A DNA stretch of 64,000 nucleotides from Macrostomum hystrix. Its lineage: Eukaryota > Animalia > Platyhelminthes. Below, piece after piece: positions 11,745 through 22,941 of this stretch. The position numbers and the translations under genes were made by a program. How positions within the stretch are numbered: position 1 is the first letter of the stretch; each line of letters opens with the position of its first letter. The notes below the pieces were generated by a model. It was given only the letters and a program-made list of their open reading frames with translations. It was not told where the DNA came from and did no database searches. The stretch is taken from the NCBI GenBank assembly GCA_950097015.1, contig CATNEN010000002.1, positions 1,550,001-1,614,000 of the forward strand. The letters are read 5' to 3'.

Positions 11745-13724
11745 ATGTCATTCTCAGACTTCTCATTCGGTGGCGGCAGCGGCGGTGGCACTCTCCGAAG
11801 CATGAGACTGTCCAGAGATCCTGAGTCGCCTAACAAAGTGTTTGTGAGTCTACTCGGCGCGAACGGTGTTGGAAAATCTGCGTTTGCTGTTCGTCTAATG
11901 ACGCAACGTTTCATTGGAGAATACAGCGACAAACTCGGTGAGGGTTGGCAATTGGCTTCAGAAATTCTTATCTATACTTCTGTCTTGAATTGCAGAAGAC
12001 AAACCCTAACCAGAATACAAGTGTTATTTTTCATCTAGCTAAATTTAAAAGACCGTACCTACAATTGAGACACTTGATGACTGTTAGAGGCAACAGCAGT
12101 TAGTTAAAATTGGATATTGTTTTGAAGCATTCGGGTACTCATGATTGTACTTTATGGCATGCAAAACCAGTTCAACTTAAAATCTTCCCATGAGTGTGGT
12201 CAAGTGACAAAGTCTCAGAGAAACATGCAACCAGTTATCTGATATGGAATCTAAAGTAGTGCTTCGTGATTTGAAAACTTCCTGAAGCGTTTTTGAGCCA
12301 TATTTGGCTCCATGCTGGAAATTTAATGCCTAGATGCGTGGAGCTTGAAATAGTTTTGAGACGTAATTAAAAATGTACACAATCCGATCGCAATTGCGGC
12401 AACATGATGACCATGTCTTTCTTATCTTTTATTCAGAGGGAATCTACACAAAACAGGAGAGCGTCGGCGGCTATTACTTCGAGATGAACATCAAGGATAC
12501 CGTTGATAAAGTAGGTATTTTGTGTGCGCGTCTATAGCCTGCGCCAGTTATATTAGCAGACAAATTTATTGAAAGTGTCACATCGGCTCTTTAAGGAGCA
12601 CTTGAACCTCGGCAGCATCTGCCTCTGGAGCCACATCGCCGTGGTGATTTATGCCATAGACGACAGGAGCAGCTACCAGCGCGCGCTAGCCATCCTAGAG
12701 CAGCTTAGCCGGCATGACCAGGCCAGGGAAGTCACATTGGCTCTGGTTGGCAACAAGGCCGACCTGGAGGATAAGCGGTAAAGTAGCCTCGTTCAAGGGA
12801 TCATTCATTTCGAATAGCGCTGCGTCCTCACTCAGATGGACGAGCTGACAATAGTCGTTCAGAGTGTATTCTTAATTTTATAAAAAAATAATTTAGAGAC
12901 TAAGTAACTTAAGGAGCGTGTTAACTTCTCGAACTTTGTACGTGAGCTTGATTTCGCGGCGAGGCCTTGAAGGTAAACCTCCAAGGCTCTCAGTGAGAGT
13001 GTACACTGTAGTTTATCGTAAAGAACGAAAATCGGGCAGTAATTAGAACGATCAGATCTGACCTCTGTGAAATACTAGATAGGAAATAAAATGATCAAAC
13101 AGTGAGTGAAAAATTGAACTCTCATTATCAGTACTTTCAGAGTGGCCTAAATGGAACTTTTTTATGGGTCAAAGATTACCGGGGTTGCGACACATTGATG
13201 CTCGTAAATTCGTGAACGGTCCGCCCAAAACCAAAACAACACTCAGTCGTGTGACAGCGCTGGAAGCTTTCGCTGCCGCCCGGGAGGAGGACGGCCAGTT
13301 TGCTGAGCTGTCCGTGGCTGACGAGCCGCAGGAGCCAGCACGGCTGATGCGTAGACTCCTCGGCCAGCACGCCGCCAACTGTCAGGCGCATCAGCGAGAA
13401 CGCCAGCTGCTGCTGCTCGGACCAGGAGGCGACGTCGGCGGCAGCGGTAGTCGCAGCGCTGGAAGTCGTTCCCGCGGAAGCAGCCCCTGCGGACCTGGCG
13501 GACTCGTCAGCTGCAGCGGCGGAGGCACGGGCGGCATCGTTGTCATCGGAGGTGGCGGCGGCGGGGGCGTCGGCGTTGCCGGGAAACGGCAGCAGAAGAA
13601 GTCAATGGAGGTGCTGATGCAGAGAGGCTCGGAGACTCCGGTGACAACGGCCGGCTGTGCGGCGCCCGCAAAGAAGAATTCCACGCCATTCAAGGCGCTG
13701 AAAGAGCGTTTCGCTTGGAAATGA
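11745..13724 (+). CDS. Ras-family small GTPase, RERG/RASL11/RASL12-like, 308 aa, no CAAX
   Basis: Exons 11745-11937, 12437-12510, 12596-12777 and 13247-13724; phases 1,0,2 consistent. P-loop GANGVGKS, RFIGEY, G4 NKAD, G5-like ELSV, and a Gly-rich tail. Confidence 0.88.
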
Positions 13725-14769
13725 TCAATTGAGTTTTAATCGAAAATGAGCCTGAGAATCTGAAATGTGGTTTCGATACTACTTTAAGTACCTGCCGCAA
13801 ATATTTGGTACAAAAGACGCTGATTTACCTCATTGGATGGGTTGTGTGATAAAAATTTTGAGAATAGAAGCAACTCAAACTTGAACTACTCGAAAAATGA
13901 GAAGCTCGCAAGCTGGAGAATGAAAACTATGGATTTGAGTTGAAAGCTTTTAGTGTGCATGCACTTTTCTTGTTTGCATCGTCCAGTACGATCCAGTTCT
14001 TTATGTCTCGTTATCTCTGCCCGCGGCTGATCTCTCATTCTCACTGCCTTCCTCCTTTCTGATTGGTCGCTTCTGAGCTGCAAATCTTTTGATCTAGGCC
14101 ATTTTTAGTCGAAATTCTATGCAAAAATTCTGACTAAAAATGCGACGCTGTCGCTTGTGCAATCAATCTCTTTGTGCGGTCAAATCTCGAGCTCAGAGGA
14201 CCGAGCTGCTGTCCAGGCCGAAGTCGATGATAACGCTGCTGCTTCTGCTGCTGCTGATGCTGATGCTGATGAATAGAAAGCTCCGTTCATAATACCGTGT
14301 CCTGCTGACACTTCTATACCACTACTTACCTGGGACCAAGCAGCAGTGGCAGAAGCGGGAAGAAAATTCCGGATGGCAACCTGTCCGGATGTCCCAAAGA
14401 AAATCTTTCTATAGGTCCATTATTCCAAAGAAGCTTTCTGCCTCTTTAGAGACAAATAAAAGTAGCTGGCGAAAAAATGTCTGCTGCAAATGACTGACAA
14501 GTTCGCAGCACGGGAAGCAACATATACTTTGTTGTATCCGTCAACTTTGCAAAAAATATTGGCTTTCAAAGTCGTTTGGAAACGGTATTTGCTTTTCAAG
14601 TCAAACATTCGAAATCGATGCTGCTCGATTAGAAGCAAACAGGAAAATAATGCATGATGGAAGCCTATAATAGTCACCTGCCAGTCAGTGCTTTCCTGCT
14701 CCTTTCAGGGCAGATAAAAAACTTCCTCACAAGTTGCGTCGACAGAAAATTCTTTCAACGAAAAATAGA

Positions 14770-15630
14770 ATGCTACACAAACTGTGTGGACTGATCGTGG
14801 CTGCCTTCAGTGCTGTCAAGGTCGTGCAAGCCAGTTGCCCGGCTCCCTTTAACTTCAAGCTGCTGGGCCGCTGCCTGCTGGTCGAGATGGAAAGGAGGGT
14901 CACCTGGTGCGATGCTCAGGAAGCCTGCTGGCAGGCTGGAGGTGAGCTGCTGAATGACCTCGGCATCATCCAGCAGGGCAATGGCGGAATCGAGAACATC
15001 GCCAGTGTGTTCAACCTAAATTCCACTGGCTTTTGGATTGGAGTGACCGACTTGGCCAATGAACGAAACGCCAGCATGAACGGCTGGCAGCTGTCGGGCA
15101 CTGCAGCTGGGAGCCTCCTGCCCGAAGATAACAGCTACTGGGGCACACGTCTCCGTGGGGCGAATGGCAGCTTTGAAGAAAACTGCCTGAACTTCAGAAC
15201 CGAACATTCAGGGCTGAGAGACGTCAGCTGTCTGAACAAACGGACGTATGTTTGTCAGCAAAGGCCCGGCAGCAGTCGGTGAGTAGCTAGTAGTTTCCAA
15301 GCTTGGAGTACGAATAAAGCGAGTTGAGCATGGAATCATCGACTTTCCAGAGCGAGTGGCAGTTTCCAACAGCAGACCTGGTCGAGAGTCTCCATGGATC
15401 CGAGAGTTCGACCTGGCTCAGCTCCGCAGTACTGCTTCGCTCTGAGCAGCCAGGCTGACAACCTGGTTGAGTGCGCAGTATTCGCAGCCACGCAGCAGTT
15501 CCCTGTCATGGCCATTGTCTACAGCCGCAGTGCTAGACTGTGTCGCGCTCTGCTGTTCACCGACTCGCTGCTGACCGAAGGCGACATCGCCGGCGCCTCC
15601 GACTGGGTCAAACTGCGTCCTTTTTATTGA
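14770..15630 (+). CDS. Secreted C-type lectin domain protein with a C-terminal PAN/apple-like domain, copy 1 (262 aa)
   Basis: Exons 14770-15278 and 15351-15630 (72-nt GT-AG intron, phase 2). Signal peptide, CTLD pattern (C...W..A...C...GG.L...FWIG...ENC...DVSC...YVC), then an approximately 90-aa Cys-containing domain. Confidence 0.88.
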
Positions 15631-18426
15631 AAAACAAAACGCCGTGAAGGTCAATGAACTTGGTAGTTGCTATGGTATCCCCAATCTAAGTTGCAGTAAA
15701 TCTGGGTGTTCCACCCGAGAAAGCTTATACGCATCAAGACGGTAAAAGATGCGAATGATTTTTGGTCATTTCTGTCAGAAGTTCTAAATGTGTTCTTATT
15801 TTATGCCCTTCTATGAACCTTGAGAGCATCCACTTATCTGAAAGAATGCAAGTATCTACCCGGCATTACAATACGTTAAAAATGATATCGTACTTTAGCA
15901 GACTCAAATCTATTGTTCCACACGCCTTAGCGGCAGGTGTCGTTTACAAATGTACTTGTTCTATCAAATGCAGAACATTTCCTACATTGGAAAAACAAAG
16001 AGACACTTGTATACTAGGGTCATTGGTTAACATTGATTAAAACGATCTGCCATTCACCACCATCTGTTAGTTTACTAACTGAAATGGTTGGGTCTTTTAC
16101 AAGCCGATGACCGCCCTGGTGAAAGATGGGAGTGTGGAAAACGACGGTAGAGTCGGAAGTCGATCGCGCTGCTGCCGCGAGTTGTCGCGGAGAGGGATGA
16201 GATGAAGGGAGGGATGAAGGGAGAGATGAAGGGAGAGATGAGGCGGTACAAAGGATGCAGGGAGTGGTCCTATTGGCCTCAGGCTGGCCAGTCCCACTCG
16301 TCCCATAGGCCACAGGCATGACTGCCGTGCCTACCCCTAGCAATGCTCGAAACCGGCTAAAAGTCTAAGAAGAGGGTCGGACTGCCCGGAATCGGACAGG
16401 GCAGGGCTAACTAGTCTACTGCCGTCAGTAGCATGTAAGTAACTGACTCCTAACCTTGGTAGCGGTGGTCGAAACGGCCCAGGCTCTTGTCACAGAAATG
16501 CGGAAAGGCTATTGGCAAAGCGGAAAATGATCTCGGGTAGCGCCACCACCCAATGCGCCTACGTTGCCACCGCAGACATTTGGGAACTTGGGTCCCCGGA
16601 GTACACAGCTCCTAGTTTATCACGCAGATCTAGACAAGCCGAAAAATAGGGCATTCTGCAACTTCCGTTTTAGACTGGGGTGAGAGCCCCAGAATGGATC
16701 GAGACACGCCTCAAAAGGGGATTCCTGAATTCGCGCTACAGGGGTCTAGAAAGGTGGTACTAAGAACTCGAATGAAAATCCATAGCCAGAATCCCACTCA
16801 TGGAACATCAGGCACATTCTTTACATTAGACTGCAGCCTACACATTAGGTAACTAACAAATCCGAATCTGTGTGAGATGAGGAAATCAGAGGCAGGAGAG
16901 ATTAAGCAGAGCACTGGCTGAGTGATTATGCAAGCGATGATTATTAGATCACACCTCTCGCTCCCATGGCCGTGGTTACGAGAGGCGGGGAATAGAAGGA
17001 GAATTCAATTGGCAAAGGAGTTTGACGCGCACGCTGGAATCCGCCAGTGAGAGAGGAAAGCCGGCCAAGGAATTCCCCGCCCCTAGGCAGCAATGCACAC
17101 GCTACATTCCGCATTTTACTCGCAAATCCCTAGCTCCTTATTACTCTCATGCGCGCCTACAGTTGTCTTCCTGCCGCAGCATTCAGCTCGGCATCACCAG
17201 AGCCCACCCCCTAATGAGTTAGCCACTCATGATCGAGGGCTGTCTAGCGATAAAATAAAGGTGAAAGAGAGGCATAGTAAAAGGATTAAGTTGATTTTAA
17301 ACGTAGCCCAATAAGTTAAAAGCGCTGTGAATTAATAGTTTATTAGGCTGAAGCAATTCCCTAGCTTCCCTCCCACTAAATGCCGCCTAACTAAAGTGTT
17401 AGTCCCTTAGGAGTAATAATTACAAAACCGCTGCGCGGGTTACTTATCTGAGTGCCGGCTGGCCGCGTGCTGCAGTCCCGTTGTTCTCGGGGAGAAAGGA
17501 TGGGCAAAAACCAGCAAGGCAGAGAGAGGATAAACTAAAATGAGCTGGCAGGGGCCAACACACCAATGGAGCTCTAAGGCTCAATTTAGTGCTCACCTAA
17601 AGAGGTGGCTTGCGCTACTAATGGATGAGGAGCAGGCAATGAGCCTGTGAGCGCTTGTCTGAGCTTATAGCTCTAGGGTCTAAGCCCTAAGTGGATGGAG
17701 GAAAAGTGCCTTGGGTCCGGTGGGAGTCCGGCCCGGCAATGAGGTATAGGTCGAGGTCCAGGGAAAGGTAAGGTTCCTAGGGGCAGCGCAGCGCGCTTTC
17801 TTAAATAGTCCTGCAGCACGCCAACCCCGACATCCATCAAAATAACCCACATTCGCGCCAGCCTGTCATCGAGGAATCGAAGCGGCGATGGCCACCCCGA
17901 TTACCCAATGAACCGGCGGCGAGAAACGACAGATGCTCCTTCGCGAGCAGCCGCCGACAGTCGGCCAATAATTGTTACTCCGCCAGGACAATGGGAAGCG
18001 CAGGCGCCGACCTGCCTACAGTGACATTTACATGTATCTAAGAGAGGAGGTCATAAAGTCGAGCTGGGCTCGAATACTGTAAAGAAGTGGGGACATGAAG
18101 AATTAATGATCACTCATAATGCCTGAGTGATTCCCAATATCTGATCGCGGTTTGGAGGGGAATTATGAGCTAAACTACTCATACAATAAAAGCTATGGCC
18201 GCGGTCAGTCATTCCTACAGGGGTCTAGACAGATCCAGGGAAAAGGGATTCGACGGCTACTTAATTCACCGCCGCCCAAAACCCGGCCCTAAGATTAATG
18301 ATCTTGTTTGTGGCCAGCTGCCAGGTGGGTCGCGATTATTGATTGCCTAAAAATTTGAAAATTCCGCTGGCTCACATTCCCACTCGATTCCCGCAGCACA
18401 CTCCACATCATAACAATAAACTAGCA

Positions 18427-18750
18427 GAGGTTGTAGCCTAGTGGTTAGGGCAACAGACTCACGACTTGAAGGTCGGGGGTTCGATTCCCGACTCAACTGG
18501 AACAATTTGCGTCCTTTAGCAAGACACTTAACTCTGCATTGCTTCAGTTCACCCAGCTGTTAAATGGGTACCAGCATCAGCTGGGATAATTGAAGGTGGG
18601 TGTGGCGTCCCCCCAGTCCGTGGACTGAACAGCTGTACGCAGCCTTCAGATGCGCCGCGCATTAGCTGCGGCTGTGCTGTCGGCTGCACATCTGACCCAA
18701 TTGGGGCAGGTGTAATCAATTATTAATTATTAGTTATTATTAATTATTAC
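18427..18750 (+). mobile_element. Full-length tRNA-derived SINE with a CORE-like central domain
   Basis: A box TAGCCTAGTGG, B box GGTTCGATTCC, central GTCCTTTAGCAAGACACTTAACTCTGCATTGCTTCAGTTCACCCAGCTGTTAAATGGG, and (ATT)-rich tail. Near-identical to 33001-33296. Confidence 0.88.
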
Positions 18751-19787
18751 CAACACTGTTGCGGAAAATAACAAATTTATCGTTTTACGAGTATCGGTCG
18801 GTATTGGACTTAAAAATTATTGAGTACATTATAAAACACAAGCCCAATCTTATCGTTTAACTTCAACACAGTGGTGCGGGACATCTGCTGAGGGTGCTCA
18901 AGGTGGAGGCACCAACCATGGCTTTAACTCAAACCGTCCTTCTCTATACCGGACTGTTTAGCCCCCTGATCTGCACTTGGGCTGTGGATACCTGTACTCA
19001 AACGCTTACTCGTTAATTGTCTTTTTTCGAACTGTTTAATTTTCTATATTTATTAGCCAGTTAAAATAAATCTAAACAAAAGCGCTTTCACCAGAAGATG
19101 ACTAGCGCTAGTTGAAACGCGTCGCAAACATACTGATTCTATCTTTCTGGAAAGGATTTTCCTTTAAACTGATGGTTAACTTTATCTTAAACACAAAGTG
19201 TACAGTGTAAATAATCTGCCATGACTTCTCCCCTGATCCCTAAATTGGACGACAAGCCACCCAAACCCACTTACTGTGCCGGTTTCTCACAAATATATCT
19301 GTTGTGAGCTGCACTTGCTAGCGAATTCTTCTTCGCTCTTGCCCTGTGTCGTCTTTGGTGCGCCGTGCCCTTCATCAACCTGCAGCAGAGGACGTTCCGT
19401 TTTTAGTCTCTAGAGACCCGCTCATTAGTGACAAGCACCAACGAAACACACGGAAATGTTTGCCAACTTAGTCGAAGCAGCACCGACTGCTTGTATTAAC
19501 AATATCGATAATTGTTGCTGAAACGAAGAATCGCAGAAGCAAAGAATTTAAGAAAAAGAATTGCATGTTTGAGCAGACAAGGGTACACACATCCTATACT
19601 TTGATTTGGAGAAGCGGCATCTGCCGAACGAAAGTATGAAATTAGATTTCTAATTTAAGCATATAGAATTGAACAAATATAAAAAACTAGGTACATAAGC
19701 CTGAAAGCTTTTATATCACCAGAAAGCAAAGATAAAAATCTGAAAACACAAAGCCTTCATAACCTGTCTGTCTGGAAAGCCAAAGAA

Positions 19788-20689
19788 ATGGCCCACTTGG
19801 TCACCCTGATTGGCTGGTGTCTAATGGCTGCTATAGGATCTTCTGCTAGCTGCCCGGCTCCCTTCAACCTGCTGCTGCTGGGTCGCTGCCTTCTGGTCGA
19901 CCTGAGCCAGAGGCTCACGTGGTGCAAGGCTCAGGAGACATGCTGGCAGGCTGGAGGAGAGCTACTGACGGACCTCGGCATAATCCGGCAGGGCAACGGC
20001 GGCATCGAGACCATCAGCGCCTACTATGGCGTGAGCGATGGAATTCTGTGGCTCGGGGTGAGCGACTTAGCCGATGAGCGAAACGGCGACTTGAACGGCT
20101 GGCGGCTGTCGGGCACTGAAGCCGGCGACCTGCTGCCAGGAAGTGGCGCCTACTGGGGTGCTGTGGGCAAGACCGATGGCGGCTATACCGAGAACTGCTT
20201 GGTCTACATAATTAACAAGACCAGCGTTATTGACGTCAGCTGCCTCTTGAAGCGAAACTATGTCTGCCAGATGAGGGTCAACGTGTGAGGCAGTTATCGA
20301 TGGATGATTCGAGCGAAAATTATGCTCTTTTTCTTGTGTTGTTAAAATAAGGGAAAGTTGTGCACGGATTGCAAAGACCTCAAAGTGAAATTTCCATGCC
20401 AATGTGTCATTGTAGGGTGAAGACAAGTTTCCAACAGCAGACCTGGTCGAGAGTCTCCATGGATCCGAGAGTTCGACCTGGCTCAGCTCCGCAGTACTGC
20501 TTCACTCTGAGCAGCCAGGCCGATAATCTGATCAGGTGCGCAGCATTCGCAGCCAGACAGCAGTTCCCAGTCAAGGCCATTGTCTACAGCCGCAGTGCAA
20601 GACTGTGTCGCGCTCTGCTGTTCACCGACTCGCTGCTGACCGAAGGCGACATCGCCGGCGCCTCCGACTGGATTAAACTGATGCTGTAA
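19788..20689 (+). CDS. Secreted C-type lectin domain protein with a C-terminal PAN/apple-like domain, copy 2 (256 aa)
   Basis: Exons 19788-20284 and 20416-20689 (131-nt GT-AG intron, phase 2, same position as copy 1). Same domain layout; paralog of 14770-15630. Confidence 0.88.
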
Positions 20690-22941
20690 CAACGATTTAT
20701 ACTATATAAGATGAAAATGGAATTGCAAATATATTACCTCTATTCTAGAAATAAAGTGAAATAGGCATTATACCTGCTGCATATGGAATACTTGAACGAA
20801 GCGACTCACACTTCGCACCAATAATGTCTAGTTTTTATTTTACCGATTTAAAAACGACGTATTTCTATAATCTTATACGAGATTCAGTATTTTCGCGAGA
20901 TGCTGCACAATGTAGTCCTATTGAATTTGATTTGACTAAATGCTTAATAACTACCTTAGGTAGGTAGAATAGAATGACTTGCATACCCTCAAAGTACTCT
21001 CACAATTTAATATATAACAAGACCAAATTAATTCTAAAGCATGATTGCCTGAAATCTCAATCATTCGCCTTTTCTCTGTTATACTACTCGAAATTGTATA
21101 TTCATGCCAAAGACGACTGTAAGTGTAGCTGTATAGTAGTTATACTACAGTGGTCTTTTAGTTCTACTATTTGTACCAACTAGTAACTACCTATATGACA
21201 TGTAAAAATATTTAACGGACAATTTATGCTTGCTACCAGCAATTGCCAATCGAATGGTCCACTTAAGCTCAAGATCAAGATTAACGCAAGGACCACTGTA
21301 TAACAGTTATACTACAGTGGTCCTTGGATTAACGATCAAGATCAGGACTGGATTTACATTCTGGATGTTTGCAAACTGTGTTGTACTAACTATGATTCAA
21401 GGCTTAAAGCATAGTTTCTTTAGCACGCTTTACCAGCAGGTACTTTTTGCACGTGTGTACTGTTCTGTTTGTACTGTAATCAGTTTGTTTTATAGGTCTG
21501 TGAAAAGGCAAATGAATTTGTAATAGAATTTCTATTTTTATAAACAAAAAAAGTTTTGAAAAAAGTAAATTAGAACCGCAAGCTATTTTGTGTTCGGCCC
21601 CACCGCGCTCCGAATAAAAATTAGTTTATCGAATACACGATGTCAGGCACGAAATTAATTTTTGAAAATTGAAAATTATACTCACATTCGGCCCGATGAT
21701 GTTAAGTTGCATGACAAATAATGTGCTAGCGTGTGTGTGAACTATGGGGTCATTACTAACATGTGCAAAGCCGGCACCAGCAGAAAAGTTTTCTTGTTCC
21801 ATCGTCGAAGTAAAATAAATATGCTTAGATTAGAAAATTTTGTTGCGAGTCTATAATGATTTGTAATGATTATCTTAATCCTACCCATGTATGATGTATC
21901 CACTATCCAACAGTAGGCATTTCCAAGTCCAACTCCAACAGACCCTGTACATTAGGGGCCTAACTATGGGATGGGATTGCCGTATTCATTATCCACTGTA
22001 ATATTAATACACTATGTAGACCCTGGCCCAGCATTTTAGATTTTTTAATTTACAGCATTTTCGTTCTAATTTGCACCTTTCTAATAGTAATACAGGCCTA
22101 GGCCTAGGTAGGCCTAGCTAATTATGTGGATATAGCCATGTAAGGGGTAGCTGGGTGAGAATGATCTGAGCTTAATCTTTTTATTAGCTAGGCCTAGGGC
22201 CTTTTAAATGTAAGCCAATCATTAGATGTGAATTTTATGAATATGTCATATATGAGACTCTGAGAGTAAAATGAGGTAGGTAGGCCTAGCTACAAAATTA
22301 AATGTATCATTAATTATTTAGAAATTCTCAGATGTTAATAGAAAGTATTTAGATTCAGACATTTAATTCATTAAATTAGCCTAGGCTAGGCCTACCTAGG
22401 CCAAGCTTTTCAAGAGGGCATTAATTTGTGAGAACTATGTTTAAATGTTGAATAGGCCCTAGGCCTAATATTAATAGTAAATCTAAATGTATGACTTGCT
22501 CATATATAAAAACATTTTCTGATATCAATAGGCCTATCACTTAAATTGTAGTGTAACAATAATCAACACTTTTTCATTCTTATTTTACAGCTGGATGTTA
22601 AGCAATGACAAAAATGTTCATTTTCTATAACCTTAAATACTTTAAAATGTCATTCAAATATTTAGGTTGCATGTTCAAATATAATATATATGACATGCTA
22701 GAAAAAAAGATAAAATAAAGGCCTATATAGAGATAGAGTTGCTTAATTTATTCTATCAACAACGAATTTATTAGGCCTATAAGCATTGCTTTTTTCTAAT
22801 CTAAGAATGTATTTTAATGTATAATTTTTATCTATGTTCATATGTCAATAAAGTAAACAGATAAAGATAAAAGTTACATTCACCAGTTGTTTGTTTAATT
22901 TCATTAAATGTAACTGTGTCAAAAATGCAGGCGGCCTTTGC

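Noticed and set aside
13141-13246. ORF-track start at 13164 or acceptor at 13140 for the Ras-like gene
   Set aside because: Phase is incompatible with the donor at 12777; the acceptor at 13246 restores the KR-RV..E Ras motif.
14420-14677. 85-aa minus-strand ORF head-to-head with lectin copy 1
   Set aside because: No homology, no ATG, and alternative frames equally plausible; cannot be supported.
18427-18500. tRNA gene
   Set aside because: A and B boxes are present, but the sequence continues into a conserved body and tail repeated elsewhere; it is a SINE head.
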